Shown one piece after another: positions 36,349-48,900 of a stretch of DNA of 64,000 nt. The notes beneath the pieces were generated by a model that saw only the letters and a list, made by a program, of their open reading frames with translations, was not told the DNA's origin and ran no database searches. The position numbers were made by a program, and so were the translations under genes. The first letter of the stretch is position 1, and each line of letters opens with the position of its first letter. Source of the stretch: a virus; the IMG/VR virus record IMGVR_UViG_3300045012_000181, positions 61,607 through 125,606 of that record; one strand, 5' to 3'.

Positions 36349-36672
36349 ATGAGTGCACTTGGTGACAATAAACAACTGGATGCGGTCATTGCCGCTCTGG
36401 AGCGCATCGAAACCCGAGCCGAACGCTTGGATACTCGAACGGCCATGTTGGATGAGCGCACGGCCCGCTTGGATGAACGTTCCCTGACTATCGTAAAGGC
36501 CGTGGAAGGCAACGGCATGCCCGGTCTTAGGCAGCGAGTAGAGGACCTAGAGGCCGTTAAGAATAAGGCCACGGGCGTTGTGGCCGTACTTGGGACAATT
36601 GGTGTGGGCATTTGGGGATTTTTGGAATGGGCTTTTCATGCTGCTGGGAGGGGGAATATTGCGCCACATTAA
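36349..36672 (+). CDS. Coiled-coil protein with C-terminal TM helix (holin/hemolysin-like)
   Basis: ERLDTRTAMLDERTARLDER heptads; GVVAVLGTIGVGIWGFL. Confidence 0.65.
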   Translation: MSALGDNKQLDAVIAALERIETRAERLDTRTAMLDERTARLDERSLTIVKAVEGNGMPGLRQRVEDLEAVKNKATGVVAVLGTIGVGIWGFLEWAFHAAGRGNIAPH

Positions 36673-37114
36673 AACAGTTGCAATAACCAGAAAATGTAGA
36701 ATCTGTAAGAAATACAAACCAAACAGTAGTAAGCACTTTCGGTTCAATGGCGGTGGCCATCGTAGTCTGCGTACCACTTGTAGAGTCTGCGAGCGCGTGT
36801 ACAACAAGGAATTTGCAAAAGGCCACAGGGAACATCGCAAAGCTAAAACGAAGGCCCATTACAATAAGTGGCGATTAGCTGTTTTGGAGCACTTAGGTAA
36901 TAAGTGCGTGCGTTGTGGTTTTTACGATATTCGTGCTCTTCAAGTAGATCACATACGAGGTGGTGGATGTTATGATACTCTACACACAGGTACTAGAAAA
37001 TACTTTGAGCACGTTAAGGCAAATCCCGAAAAATATCAGCTCTTATGTGCCAACTGCAATTGGATAAAACGCGTGGAAAACGATGAGACCAGGAAAATTT
37101 CATGCGCCATATAA
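36659..37114 (+). CDS. Free-standing HNH endonuclease
   Basis: CRIC; LGNKCVRCG..ALQVDHIRGGG; YQLLCANCNWIK; GGAGG SD with TTG36659. Confidence 0.85.
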   Translation: MRHIKTVAITRKCRICKKYKPNSSKHFRFNGGGHRSLRTTCRVCERVYNKEFAKGHREHRKAKTKAHYNKWRLAVLEHLGNKCVRCGFYDIRALQVDHIRGGGCYDTLHTGTRKYFEHVKANPEKYQLLCANCNWIKRVENDETRKISCAI

Positions 37115-37458
37115 GGCTGGCAACAACCGAAGAAATAGATAGTATAAGGGATAAAGCGGATTTGATGCCCGACAACACGCACGTGTTGGCCTTGGATGCC
37201 GATAAGGGCTCTCCGGATATCGCGGTTGTGCGCAGGTGCGTGGAGGTCAATCCCGTGATTTACGGTTCCGAAACTAACGACCTACGGCGCGTGAGATTCA
37301 TATATAGTTTAGAAGAGCGTCTGCTGGGTGCTGGCGTGGACCGCTACTACAGTCAGTTTGACGCCTCCAAAGAAGATTACATGAAGGTCATGGAGCATTA
37401 TGGCTTCGAGCGCATTTCGCCCCAGCCAGAGTACAGATATCTTAGGATCATAAAATAA
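37102..37458 (+). CDS. GNAT-like protein (pre-ejection-gene position)
   Basis: IRLAT..E; KVMEHYGFE; synteny. Confidence 0.5.
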   Translation: MRHIRLATTEEIDSIRDKADLMPDNTHVLALDADKGSPDIAVVRRCVEVNPVIYGSETNDLRRVRFIYSLEERLLGAGVDRYYSQFDASKEDYMKVMEHYGFERISPQPEYRYLRIIK

Positions 37459-37459
37459 T

Positions 37460-38125
37460 ATGGGCACCACTCAAAAAAGTACACAAGCCAACACCTACGA
37501 TCCCAGTTCCATGGGCACCTTTCAGAGCTTCATGCAGGGCCTGGGCCAGATTCTACCGGGCTTCATGAACAATCCCTTCGGCACGCAGCAGTTTAAAACG
37601 GGCCAGCAACTGGGCACCAATCAGGCCCATAATCTAAATCAGACCGCCACATCTGGGCTGATTAATAACATGACCGGAAGTGGGATGACCGGAGGGGCCT
37701 CTAATCCCGCAGCCACGGAGATGCTCCAGAATCAGGCCCGGGCGGGTACAAATACCCAGTCCAATTTGGGTTTCATTCAACCCACACAGAATGCCCTACA
37801 GATGCAACAGGGCGCCATTAATACCGCTGCGGGCTTCAGGCCCTTGCAAACGGGCGGAACCAATACCCAGAGCACACAGGGCCTTGGTACTTGGCTGCCA
37901 CAAGTGGCCAGTGCGGCCCTTGGAGGCCTCTCGGGCATGGGCGGCATGTTTGGCGGAAGCGCTCCCTTTGCCAGCAACAATCCTCAAATGCAGGGCTTTC
38001 AAGGCGGAACCGTTGGCGGGGCTTTGCCTACTGGGGGCTTTGCCGGTGTGAATTTACCGCCTCCAGCCGCCGGCGGTCAGATGCCCGGAGGCTTTTTTGG
38101 CGGCAACTGGTCAACTGGGGAGTAG
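37460..38125 (+). CDS. Internal virion / DNA ejection protein (Gly/Gln/Thr-rich)
   Basis: Composition; QSTQGLGTWLPQVASAALGG; synteny. Confidence 0.65.
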   Translation: MGTTQKSTQANTYDPSSMGTFQSFMQGLGQILPGFMNNPFGTQQFKTGQQLGTNQAHNLNQTATSGLINNMTGSGMTGGASNPAATEMLQNQARAGTNTQSNLGFIQPTQNALQMQQGAINTAAGFRPLQTGGTNTQSTQGLGTWLPQVASAALGGLSGMGGMFGGSAPFASNNPQMQGFQGGTVGGALPTGGFAGVNLPPPAAGGQMPGGFFGGNWSTGE

Positions 38126-38145
38126 GAACCGGCTAAGGAGCCTTT

Positions 38146-38532
38146 ATGAGATTGCCGGATTTCAAACACGCCCTGCAAATGTTTTGGGTCTATGTGGGCT
38201 GCAGCGTGGCCGATATTATTAGTTCCTTGCACATAAAGGCGCCCTTCGAGGAAACCAATCCCTTCAGCCGGCACGCCGACGGAACCTTTTGGCTAAAGCA
38301 CGCTCTGGTGTGCGATGGCATACATACGCTGGAAATTTTGTTCCTGTCCGCGGCCGTCTATTTGGCCGCCAGGCCTCTGGGAACTAGAGTAGCCCGTGTG
38401 GCCATGGGTTTGCCTTGGCTCTATTACGGCTACTTGCACCTGGATGCGGCCTTCAACAACGCACTACTACAAACTCCGCACTTGTACGTCGAGACGGCAC
38501 ACGGTCTTCTCGGCAGATTGCTAGGATACTAG
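38146..38532 (+). CDS. Membrane protein with D..S...E.NP motif (DUF5658-like)
   Basis: VADIISS..FEETNPF; three hydrophobic segments. Confidence 0.55.
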   Translation: MRLPDFKHALQMFWVYVGCSVADIISSLHIKAPFEETNPFSRHADGTFWLKHALVCDGIHTLEILFLSAAVYLAARPLGTRVARVAMGLPWLYYGYLHLDAAFNNALLQTPHLYVETAHGLLGRLLGY

Positions 38533-38535
38533 AAA

Positions 38536-39930
38536 ATGGCTGACGGCTCCAGTATTGGATACTTTCCAGGGATGTCGCGTCTGATGGGCGAAGTCGACAG
38601 CCCAACGAATGCCCAACCCCTGACCTCGCCGCAATTTGGCGGTTCGCCGGAACAGATGATGGCCTTTTTGCAGAGTCCGCATGTACAGCAGACTCTGCAA
38701 CAGTGGGGCATCAACTTTGATCCCTCAAAGATGCGCCAGAGTCCGTTCTTTCCCAATAGCTTCATGCAGCATCACCCACACCTAGGTGGGGCCATGTCCG
38801 GTGCAATGGCCAATGTTGCGGCCACTCCCGAGGCACCGCTGGTTTCAGGTGCGGGCTCGGGCATGACGCGCGCCATGCAGGGCATGCTGGGCGGCCCGGA
38901 GATGCAACGGCAGTATCAGGTGCGCCAGATGCTGGCGCCCATGCAAGCCATGGGCATGCAGATGCCCGAAGCGGAATTTCAGCGCAAGCAACAACTGCTG
39001 GAGGCCTTGAAACAGGATTTGGATGCCCGAGAGGCCCAGGGTCAGGCCGCGCTTAGACAGCGAGGCGAGGAGCAGCGGCAAAAGAACGAGGCCATCCAAC
39101 CCCGTATCTATCAAGTACCCGGCGGTTATGTAGCCAACCAAGAGATACCAGGTCAGCCTCAAGGTGGCCCATCTGGGGATCAATTTAGCATGCAAGGGCA
39201 ATCACCTATGCGGCCACAGATAGACCCCTCTACAGGACAAGCATGGCTGGCACCCGGGGCAGGCCTAACACCCGAAACACAGACGCAGTGGAATTCGCAG
39301 TTTCATCCCACTGATCCGGCTTTGTTGGCAGCACAGTCGGCTGCAAAAGACCCTCAAAAGGGTGCCTTGGCCAAGAAATACGACGCCCAAGGCAAGGAAA
39401 TTACTGATGAAAACCTTGCGGGCCGTCCGGCGGCCGTAGTGGGCGACATCGGCGCTCAGACAGATCTCCGACGAGCCCAAGCCGGAACCGAGGGGGCCAA
39501 ACAGGGCGCCCTAGGTGCACGAGCCGAACGCGACAGGGCTGCGGCGCAAAATCCCGGTGGGCGCTTTGGACAAGCCGCTAAAGACCGATATGCTCAAGAA
39601 TACAACAGGGCTGAACAACATGCCCAAGATCAAATTAGCCGGGTACAGCAATTGATGCAAATGCCTCCTGACAAGGGAGGTTTAGATAAGGCTACAGGTG
39701 AGGCCCAAATCCAACAGTGGCAGAATTGGCTGGGCACACAAAAAGAAAACATTGATCGCCAGATGGGCAAGCCCGGTCAGAGCGCCCGAGAAGCTGGAAC
39801 ACAGCAGAAGAAGACTACGGATTTGCCTAGGCCCGTTTCACCTGGAGCCAGCCCTAATGGCGGCGTTAGTTCACAGAATCCCAATGTAGCCCTCCCAACG
39901 CCTCCAGCGGCTCCTGAGAACCCCTACTAA
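38536..39930 (+). CDS. Internal virion / ejection protein (Gln/Met-rich)
   Basis: Composition, synteny. Confidence 0.65.
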   Translation: MADGSSIGYFPGMSRLMGEVDSPTNAQPLTSPQFGGSPEQMMAFLQSPHVQQTLQQWGINFDPSKMRQSPFFPNSFMQHHPHLGGAMSGAMANVAATPEAPLVSGAGSGMTRAMQGMLGGPEMQRQYQVRQMLAPMQAMGMQMPEAEFQRKQQLLEALKQDLDAREAQGQAALRQRGEEQRQKNEAIQPRIYQVPGGYVANQEIPGQPQGGPSGDQFSMQGQSPMRPQIDPSTGQAWLAPGAGLTPETQTQWNSQFHPTDPALLAAQSAAKDPQKGALAKKYDAQGKEITDENLAGRPAAVVGDIGAQTDLRRAQAGTEGAKQGALGARAERDRAAAQNPGGRFGQAAKDRYAQEYNRAEQHAQDQISRVQQLMQMPPDKGGLDKATGEAQIQQWQNWLGTQKENIDRQMGKPGQSAREAGTQQKKTTDLPRPVSPGASPNGGVSSQNPNVALPTPPAAPENPY

Positions 39931-39939
39931 GACCTCTGA

Positions 39940-42900
39940 ATGCCTCCACTACCTCAACAACCCGATCAGCAACAAATTCCGCCTCTGCCTTCGACTGATC
40001 CGTTTGAGCAGTCCTATCAAAAGCACAAGGCCGAAATTGAGACTCCACAGGCGCCCCCAAAGGCGCCTGTTTCTCAAGGCGCCGATCCACGTGTGAGCGC
40101 TGACCCCCTTAGGGGCATTCTAGACCCCGTTCAGGTGGACAATGGTATCAAGCGACAGGCCTGGGATGCCTACCACGGGGCCAAGACACCTGAGGAGTTC
40201 CGGAAGTTCTTTGATAACGCCCAACTACCACAGGAAACCAAAAGAGCCCTTTGGAACCTGAAGTTCCAAGCACCTATTGAAACTGTGCAGGGCGCTCAAC
40301 AGGCCATCCAGCAGGCCGCTCCTCAAGAGACCTATCAGCAGTTTGTGGCTAAGAACTATCCAGCTTGGTCTCAGGCCCAGGCTCGTCCAGATGAACCCTC
40401 CGTGCCAATTCCCAGTATGTTTGGAACTCTCAATGTTCCGACATGGCACCAGTTACAAAAGAGCCTGGCACAGGCCCCGCCAAGCGAACAGGAGTGGCAG
40501 GCCCAGAATCAGTTGTGGAATAATCCCCAACAGGCCTTCCAGCAGATGGTCGGACAGATGGCCGCGCACCCGACCCAGACCGCTTTGGGCATGGTTGGTA
40601 CGGCCAGCGGGGCTCCAGAACAGGGAGCCCTGCCCTCCAAGCCCACTGTGGATGTCCAGAGCCTCTTACAGCCCAAGGGTAAGTTTGGCCAGGGCGCCGC
40701 TCAGGGTCTTAGCGAACTAACCAGCCCACAAAATATTGGAATGCTTCTTACAATTCCGGCCGAGCGTTTGATTGGCCTGTATTATAAGGGCCAGATGAGC
40801 TTGGATACCCTTCAACTGGTCAACCAAGCCCGTGCCAAGTATATGGCCGGTGATAATGCCGGTGCGCAGGAACTTCTTGGGCAGGCTGCCGTTACGGGCG
40901 GTATGGTTGCGGGCATGGAAGCCAGTGAACGCACGGGGCGTACGGCCAGTCAAACAACTCCACAGGGCCCCGCACGTGTCTCCGATATGGGCCGCGGGGA
41001 GGGCCAGCAGATGGCCGGTCCGGGAGTTCCCGGGCAGCCCACACCCGTTCAAATCGGGCCCACACAGACCGCCAACGTTGGCGTAGAGGGCGGACCCCGT
41101 CCTAGCATGCAATCCGGTCTTACGGCCGCCCAAGAGGTCACGGGCCGCAGTACGGGTGCCGGTTTGAGGGCTCCCACAAGTGCGCCCATCGAGCGCGGTG
41201 GCACCACGGCTGGTGGTACGGTTGGAACCGTAACGCCCAAGCCATCGACGCTGCCCTTGCACGTGCCGGAACAACGCACGGCCGAACTGGACCGCCGTCA
41301 AACCCTTGATCTGCCGCCGGCCGAGGGCGACCGCCGTTTGCAAGATCGCCGGAACATTAATGATGTGGCCCGGGAACAAATGACCCAGGGCCTGCAGGGA
41401 CAGCCCACACCGGGCCAGCAGCTTGAACAGACCATGCGCCAGGGTCTGCCCAAACCCGGTATTGATGAGGCTCAGGTCTGGCAGTATATTACTCAAAAGG
41501 GCATCAACAATCCGACTTGGTACGCGGAGTGGAAACGCCAGTTTGAGGCTGCTGCGGTTAAGAATCCCAGAAATGGGCCGGGCGAAATGCTCAAGGCCGT
41601 TCAGGCCGAGATGGAGGCCTCTAAGCAGCCCCAAATTCAGGCCCAACCAGTTGCTACACCGCAACCATCGGCCTTAGACAAAGTCCGCCAAATTCAAGGA
41701 GCTCCAACAGATGCCCAAAGGCCGTCCGGGCTTCCCCAAGCCCCGTCCAATGCCCCCGCCGAGCCAACCGGGCCAGGGCAACAGCCCGTTCGAGCAGCCC
41801 AAGCCCCCGCTGGTCCAGCCGGGGAACCCCTACCAGGCACCAAAGAGCCCGTTCGGCTAGCCGCGGCTACGCCGCGTGAACAGCAAACCAAACCGCAACC
41901 CAAGCCCTACGTCCCGCTTCCGCCGGGAGAGCGCCCACGCATGGTCGTGGGACCAAAGGAACCCGTTGGGGGCTCTAAAGAGGCGCCTCCGCCTGGGGCT
42001 ACGGCGCCGTCAGCTCCAGTTGAGATTCCCAAGGCCACACCCCGACCGGCTGGTGCGATGAAGCCCGAGTTGGAGTCTTGGAAGGAAACCCGCCGGACCG
42101 AGGCCCAACAGCGTAATGAGATTCTAAAACAGAACGCCCAAGGTCGAGAGCCTAAGGCCGATAACAGGGGCGAGCTGCACAAGGTCGTGGACCGTTATTT
42201 GAAGAGTCCCGGAGACTCGGCCCGCAGGGGCTTCGAGCTCGACCAGGCCGTGGAGGCCATCCGCAAGCAAGGCCCCGAGGCCATAGAGCGGGAGCATGCC
42301 GAGCTGTCCCAGAAGGCCACCCGAGCGGAGAAGATGGCCGATTGGGGCCACAAGGCCTTGGATAAGGGCGTTGAAGCCTGGGACTTGGAGATGCGCGATA
42401 AGGCCCACGCCGTTAAATTTCCGGCCTATGAGGAAGGCGGAGCAACCTATTTCACTGGCAAGACCACCGATGAGGGCAAACCCGAGGCCCACCTGAAGCC
42501 CTCCCGGGAGTTGCCAGCCGATGAGGCCGAAGCCATCGCCCGTCTGCGCGGGAACACGCTTAAAGAAGTCGGGACGCCCCGAGATGTGCCCGAGGAGGAA
42601 AAGGCCCAGCTTAAAACCTGGGAAGAGAACCGCGATAGGCTTGTGGAGGAGATTCGCAAGCGTGGCGGTAAGGTCACTGAGCAGGCCTACAAGCAGCTAC
42701 AAACATATATCACAGGTATCCAGAGCATCAAGGGCACGCGGTTTATCGTGGCCGGTGGTCCCGAACTAACAAAGGGCCCCGAGGGCGCACTGGAGCGCAC
42801 CGGCACTCGCACCACTCAGCAGATGTGGAACACGTTCCTAGGGCATCCCGAGGGGGCGCACTTTGCCCGCCCCAGCCGGGAACGCGTGGAAACACGCGTG

Positions 42901-45900
42901 AAGGAATTGGAGCGTGAGGCCCAGAAGTCCCGGGAAATCATGGGCGCTCTTAAGGGCGAGGAGCCCGCTGAGAAGGCCGAGCCCACAAAGACGCCGCTTT
43001 ATCCTAGCGTGGAGAAGGCCCCAGCACCCGAAGAGAAGTCCGAGGAGAGCGGTGGGGACTTCCTCATGCGCTTCTTTGAGAGCGAGGACCCCCGAATTAA
43101 GGAACTACTGCCCAAGGAAGCCGTGGAGGCCCTTAGCCGGTTGCATGACAAGATTGGTGAAACGCCCGAGCGCGAACAAGCGGCCAAAGAGGTTCTGGAG
43201 AGTATTGCCAAGAACAAAGGCAAAGACGCCATCGTAGATGCGGCCAAGAAGTACGGCAAGGCCTTACAGGGCTTGGTCCGTGAGGGCCTGTCTGAGCCCA
43301 AGGCCGAGCGACAGTTGCCAGCGCCCAAGGCCGAAGAGCCAACAGAGACCAAGGGCGGTTTTACCAACAAAACCCGAGAACTTTCCGAAAAGAATGCAGC
43401 CCAAGGTCGCGCGGACCGTCAAGACGGCCCATTGGATGTAGCACGTTTTAAAGGCCCAGCGCCCAAACAGCCGGCCGAGCCCGCCAAGACGCTCAGCGAC
43501 GAGGATGTCATGCACGACATCCAGAACATGCCCCACGTCAAGGAGGTCTACGATAAGCTCTCGGCCCAACAAAAACTGGAATTCATCGACCGCTACAAAG
43601 ACCCCAATCAGCATCCGGATGTGGACATTTTGGCGCCGCCTGAGCTGCGAGAACGTACAAAAGCCCCCAAGCCAGCCGAAAAAGAGCCCAGTGCCTTAGA
43701 AAAGGCCGAGGAGCTCTTTGAGCGCGCCAAGGCTTCGGGCGATTCCGAGGTGATCCAGCGGGCCAAGGACCTCCGAGACAGCCTACTAGAAACCAAGGCC
43801 AGCCCCGCTACACCGACAAAATCCGAAACCTCGTCTCCCGACACTCTTAGGCGAGCTGCAGCACGGGCTCCCCGTGAGGCCTCGCCTGAGGCTCTCAAGA
43901 AGCACGCCGAAAAGACCTCTAAAATTGAAGGCGAATACGCCCAAGATCGGGCCAAACATGCCGAGCGCCTGAATGAAGTACAGGCCCTAAGGGCCGTTGA
44001 CCCCAAGGACTACACGCCGGCCTTTGTGGACCGCTTGGAGAGATACGGCAAGGGCCTGCTGGATGCCGAGGGCCAACACGATTTTCTGGCCAAGGTCTTT
44101 GAGGCCCGCCAGAGATTCCGCGCGGGTGATGACAAAGCCGGACATGCCGCCGTAACTAGTGCCTTGGCCATGGCGGACCAACGCCTTTTTGTGCCCAAAG
44201 AGCCTGTCCTGCCAGTCAGGCCCTCAGTGCCAGCCGAGGAGGCACAACGGGGGCAGAGCAAAGCCGATTCGATTCGGGAGCAACTAGGCCGGATTGCCCA
44301 GCACGTCCAAGGTGTGCCTGTTGGCGAAGACCGCACCAACTTGGAACAACGCCTGCAGACCATCAGTTCCAAACTCGAAGAGACTGCCGCCAAGATGAAA
44401 TTGGCCATGCGCAATATTCGAGCCATGGAAGAGCGGGGCGAATTCGAGCGCACCTACAAAGACAAAGACGGCAAACCCGTCACAGAAACCCTCGATCAAA
44501 TCAAGGCCCGGGTGCGTAATTTGGGCTTGGAGCGTAGCCGATACGTTGAGGAACACCTGCCCGCTCTGGAGGTGGCTGCAAAGGCCTTAAGCCATTCGAC
44601 GGGCGAGAAACCCATTGACTATAAGCAGCCCAAGCCCGGGAAAACGGTGGCAGATGTTACGCGTTATGAGCCCGATCCCCGGACGGGCAAGCCCATACCT
44701 GTGCGGACGCAGCCCGAGGTCGTGGAGGCTCCGCAGGCCGGAACCCGAACCAAGGCCGAGCTCATAGATGATCTTAAGCAGGCCCAAGAACACCTCAAGA
44801 ACCTGATTAATAAATCCGTTGAGACGGAGTTTGATAAAACGGGCAAGGGCTCCAAGAAGTTCGGCTCCAGCGCGGAACAAAAGGGCGCTTCGGATCTGCG
44901 CAAGCTCATCACGGACTTGCAGCGCCAAATCGGGCCCAACGCGCCCGGTGCGGCCGAGGGCACCAAGGAAACCATCGAGGGCCAGGGCCTCCTTAAGGCC
45001 TCGGGTGCATTCCAGAAGCCCGCTGGCGAACGCATGACCGCGGGCGAGCCCACAGGACCCGCTCCAGAGGACCCCGTTGCGGACCTGCATGCCTACTTGA
45101 ATGAGTTCGCTGAAGCTCGCGATAAGGAAACCGGCGCTTTAAAGTGGGGCATTGACCCGACTGCGATGGAGTATATCAACAAGGCCCTTCCGAGTGGAAG
45201 TGCTGCCAAGACCTTCGGGCCCGCAGCCGAACACCTGGCTCGTCCGATTTTTGAGGCCATGCAAAGGGGCTCTATCATGCCCGATGTTGCGGCCAAGCGC
45301 CTTGAGCGCTCACTGCGAGCGCTGGCCAAGGGCCTTGCGGATGCCAAGAAGGCCCCGGCCGAACAACAGATTGACATCAGGAAAGCAGCCGTCTCGGAGG
45401 CAAAAAAAATCGCCCGCGGCGAAGGGCCAACGGGCGAGAAGGGTTCCTTTGATATCGGTAAGGAGCGGGGCCGTGGTCTAGAGGCCGCGAAGCGCATCCG
45501 CGAGGAGCGCGAACGCGAAGAGAAGGGCCCCTTCTACAGCATGTCCGAGAGGGTCGTACGGGAGAATTGGCCCGGCGGACCGGATGCCAAGGCCTCGCCT
45601 AAGGACATCGGTGGGATGCTCGCGAATGCAGGTGTGTCTAAGAACGAACTCAAGTGGTCCGATGTGGACAGCTACTTGCTGAAGGCCCAGAAAGAGGGCC
45701 GGCAGGTCACAAGGAAGGAAGTGCTGGATTATCTGAAGGAGAAGAATCCCCGGGTTGAGGTGACTGAAAAGAAGTTCGATAAGGCCGCAGCCACAGCGCA
45801 CCAAGAAAAACTTCGTGAATATTCCAACAAACTTGCGCAGGGCTTTGAGGAAACCAAGAACGCTCTAAAAGATGCCTTGGGCATTTCGGACAACAACGCT

Positions 45901-48900
45901 GCTGCACTGATACACAGGCATTCCGAGCTACCAGAGGACCGCGGTGGATCGGCCTACGCTAGGGAACAAGAGCTAAAGCAGCTCCGAAACGACGTGGAGG
46001 ATATTGCCCTGACTAAGGGCAAACACATCTCCATTGCCGAGTTGGACAAGCTCTTTGAAAAAATGGACCAGCACAACATACAGGCCTACAATTTTGAGAC
46101 CTTCCGGGATAGTCCGGAAATGCAAGGGGGTGCTAATGGCCCGCGCTACGAAAGCTATAGCATGCCCGGCGGCGACAACTACCGGGAGGTGCTGCTTAGA
46201 ATCCCCTCTGAAGGTATGAAGGGCGAGAAGATCGGAGAGGGTGCCGAGGCCAAGGACGTTTACCATGGTCCGCACTTCGACGAGCCCAACGTCGTGGCGC
46301 ACCTGCGCCTCAAGGACCGCGTGGATGCCTCTGGCAAGAAGACGCTCTTCATAGAAGAGGTTCAGAGCGATTGGGCTCGTGAGCTCCGAGAACAGCAGAA
46401 AAAAGGCGGTGAGGCGGCCTGGTTCGGTAACCCCCGCGGAGCCGGGATCGGTGCTCCGGATATGCCGTTCACCGAGGGCCACTGGCTCGAACTGGCCATG
46501 AAGCACGTGCTCAAGGAGGCCGCAAACAAGGGCTATGACAAGGTCGCATGGACCACGGGCGAGCAACAGGCCGCCCGATACAGTCTCCGAAAGCGTTTCG
46601 ACCGCATTGGTCTAGAGGAAGACCGAGACGGCCACGTGCACTTGGTCGGCCGTACACCGGGGAATGCCGAGGCCTACAATCCCTACAACACTCTAGAACG
46701 AAACATAGACCTTTCCAAATTGCACGAGTACGTAGGCCGGGAAAACGCCCAGAAACTACTGGAGGCCTACAGGGGCGCCGACCAACAGAAGCCCTCTAGA
46801 GCTTATATTGAAGCCAAGGATTTTGCCAAAGGCGGCGAACACCACCTCCAACTCTACGACAAGATGATTCCGCAATTTATGGAACGGTATGGCAAGAAGT
46901 GGGGCGCCAAGGTCGGGCAGAGCACTCTGGACACCACGGACATGGTTAAGGCACATGTGTCGCCTGGCGGAGCTGAAGCAACGTCCGCCACCGTACACAG
47001 CATGGACATCCCCTCGGCCATGCGCGATGTCCTCAAGCAACCCCTCCGGCAGATTGGCGGAAGTCAGGCCGGATTTGTGCGGCCCTTTGGCAAGAAGGCC
47101 ACCGAAGCGGCGGAGCGCAAGACCGCCAGGGAGAAGCAGGCCCAAGAACTCCGGGACGCCGTGGAGCAAAACAAGCCCCATCAAATCGCCCAGAAACTGG
47201 AGGGCTTCGTCCGAAGTCTGCCCAAGGGCACCGTGGACGAGCGCCTGAAGATGGCCAACGAGGCCATCAAAGCGCAGCCCTCAACAGGTCCGGGCCGTGT
47301 AAAGCAGGCCCTCCTGAACGCCCGAGTGAATCTGAAGACCATGGCCAGCTGGTACTGGAATGGCGAAAAATCCGGTATCAAACTCCGGGACGCCATGAAA
47401 GGCAACACCGATCCCAATGTGGGCTTCAAGAAGGCCCTAGGCCATTACAACGAGGCCTATCAGACCGCAGCGGCTGACGCCCACGCCGTCGTCGTGAACA
47501 TGCGCAAGGCCCATCCCCAGCACGTATTGGATGCCCTACATCTGGCCATGGACACCAACTTCGACAAGGACCTGCTGGCCAAGGCAGCCTCTAACGAGAA
47601 GTTGGACGCCCGCTTGCGCAAGGCCGCGCATGTGGCCCAGAATCTCACGCCTGAGGAGCTGGGCGCCGCGAAGGCATACTCGCAATTTTTCGAGGAACAG
47701 GGCCAGATGCTCAGCCGCATAGGCGCTCTGAGGCACATGCTCGAAAACTACGTCCCGCATATCGTCGACCCCGAAAGCGTACCGGGGCAGAAGTTCATGA
47801 GCGAATTGCGTGCGGGCGTCTTTGACACCAACTTCAAGTACGCCAAACAGCGCATCCACGAAACCATGCTCGATGGTGCCCAGAAGGGCATCAAATACCA
47901 GCTGGGCATCGACCGCGCCTTCTGGGATTATCACCGCCGGAGCACGCAGAGCATCGCCAGCCGGGCCTTCATCAAGGAACTCAATGGCGTTTCGCAAGAA
48001 GACAACAGGCCCGCACTGGTCCCGGGCTACAACACCATCCAGCCCATTTTGCCGGCCGAGTACAGCAAATACCCACAAATCAAAGAGATGCTCGATGCCA
48101 AACCCGAACTCAAAAAAGGCCTTGCGGACTCCTACATGTTCCGAGATAATCGGGGCCCTTCAGGTCCAATAGCCGACGTAAGCACATTAGAGGCCCTGGG
48201 CATCAAGTACAACGAAAAGACCCTAACGGAAAACGATAAGGCCCGGCTGGACGTGAGCGACTACAAGCACGTCGACCACCCAGATTTTAAACAGACGGTT
48301 TACGTTGGTAAGGGCCCGGACGGCAAGCCGGTCTTCTACAAGGCCGACCTCTATGCGCATCCGGCCATCTACGACCACCTCAAGAACATCTACGAGGCCT
48401 CACAGTTCAGAACAAACAAGGTCACGCAAACTGCGCTGGCCGTTACGGCAGCTTCCAAGCGCCTGCTTCTAAAGGTTCTGCCCAGCGGTTTCCACTACAG
48501 CCAAGAGGGCCTGCACAGCATCGGGCATGGCATAAACCCCTTCAAGAAGGACATCTGGAACGGTCAAACGGCCCGGGCCTCTCTAAACGACCCCGTTGTA
48601 AAGCGCGGTCTGCGAAGCGGCCTGCAATTGTTCGACTACGATAACGCCGACGCCATGGAAGGCATCAAGGGCGTCAAGGGCTTCGAGAAGGATTTCGAAA
48701 ATCACCTGTTTGGCAAATTCATCCCCGGCCTCAAAATCGAGACCTTCAAAAAGCAGGTGCACGAGAATCTGGAAATCTACGGCAAAAAGGGCTACTCCGA
48801 GGACCGCATCTATGAGATGACGGCTCAGCAAATCAACAACGCCTACGGAATGCAGAACCGACTGTTCACCGGTCGGACAAAGTTTATGCAGGATTTGTTC

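Noticed and set aside
36668-36670. Fourth ATT start (HNH gene, same CATTAAA overlap as 25393)
   Set aside because: An in-frame TTG at 36659 has a better-spaced GGAGG
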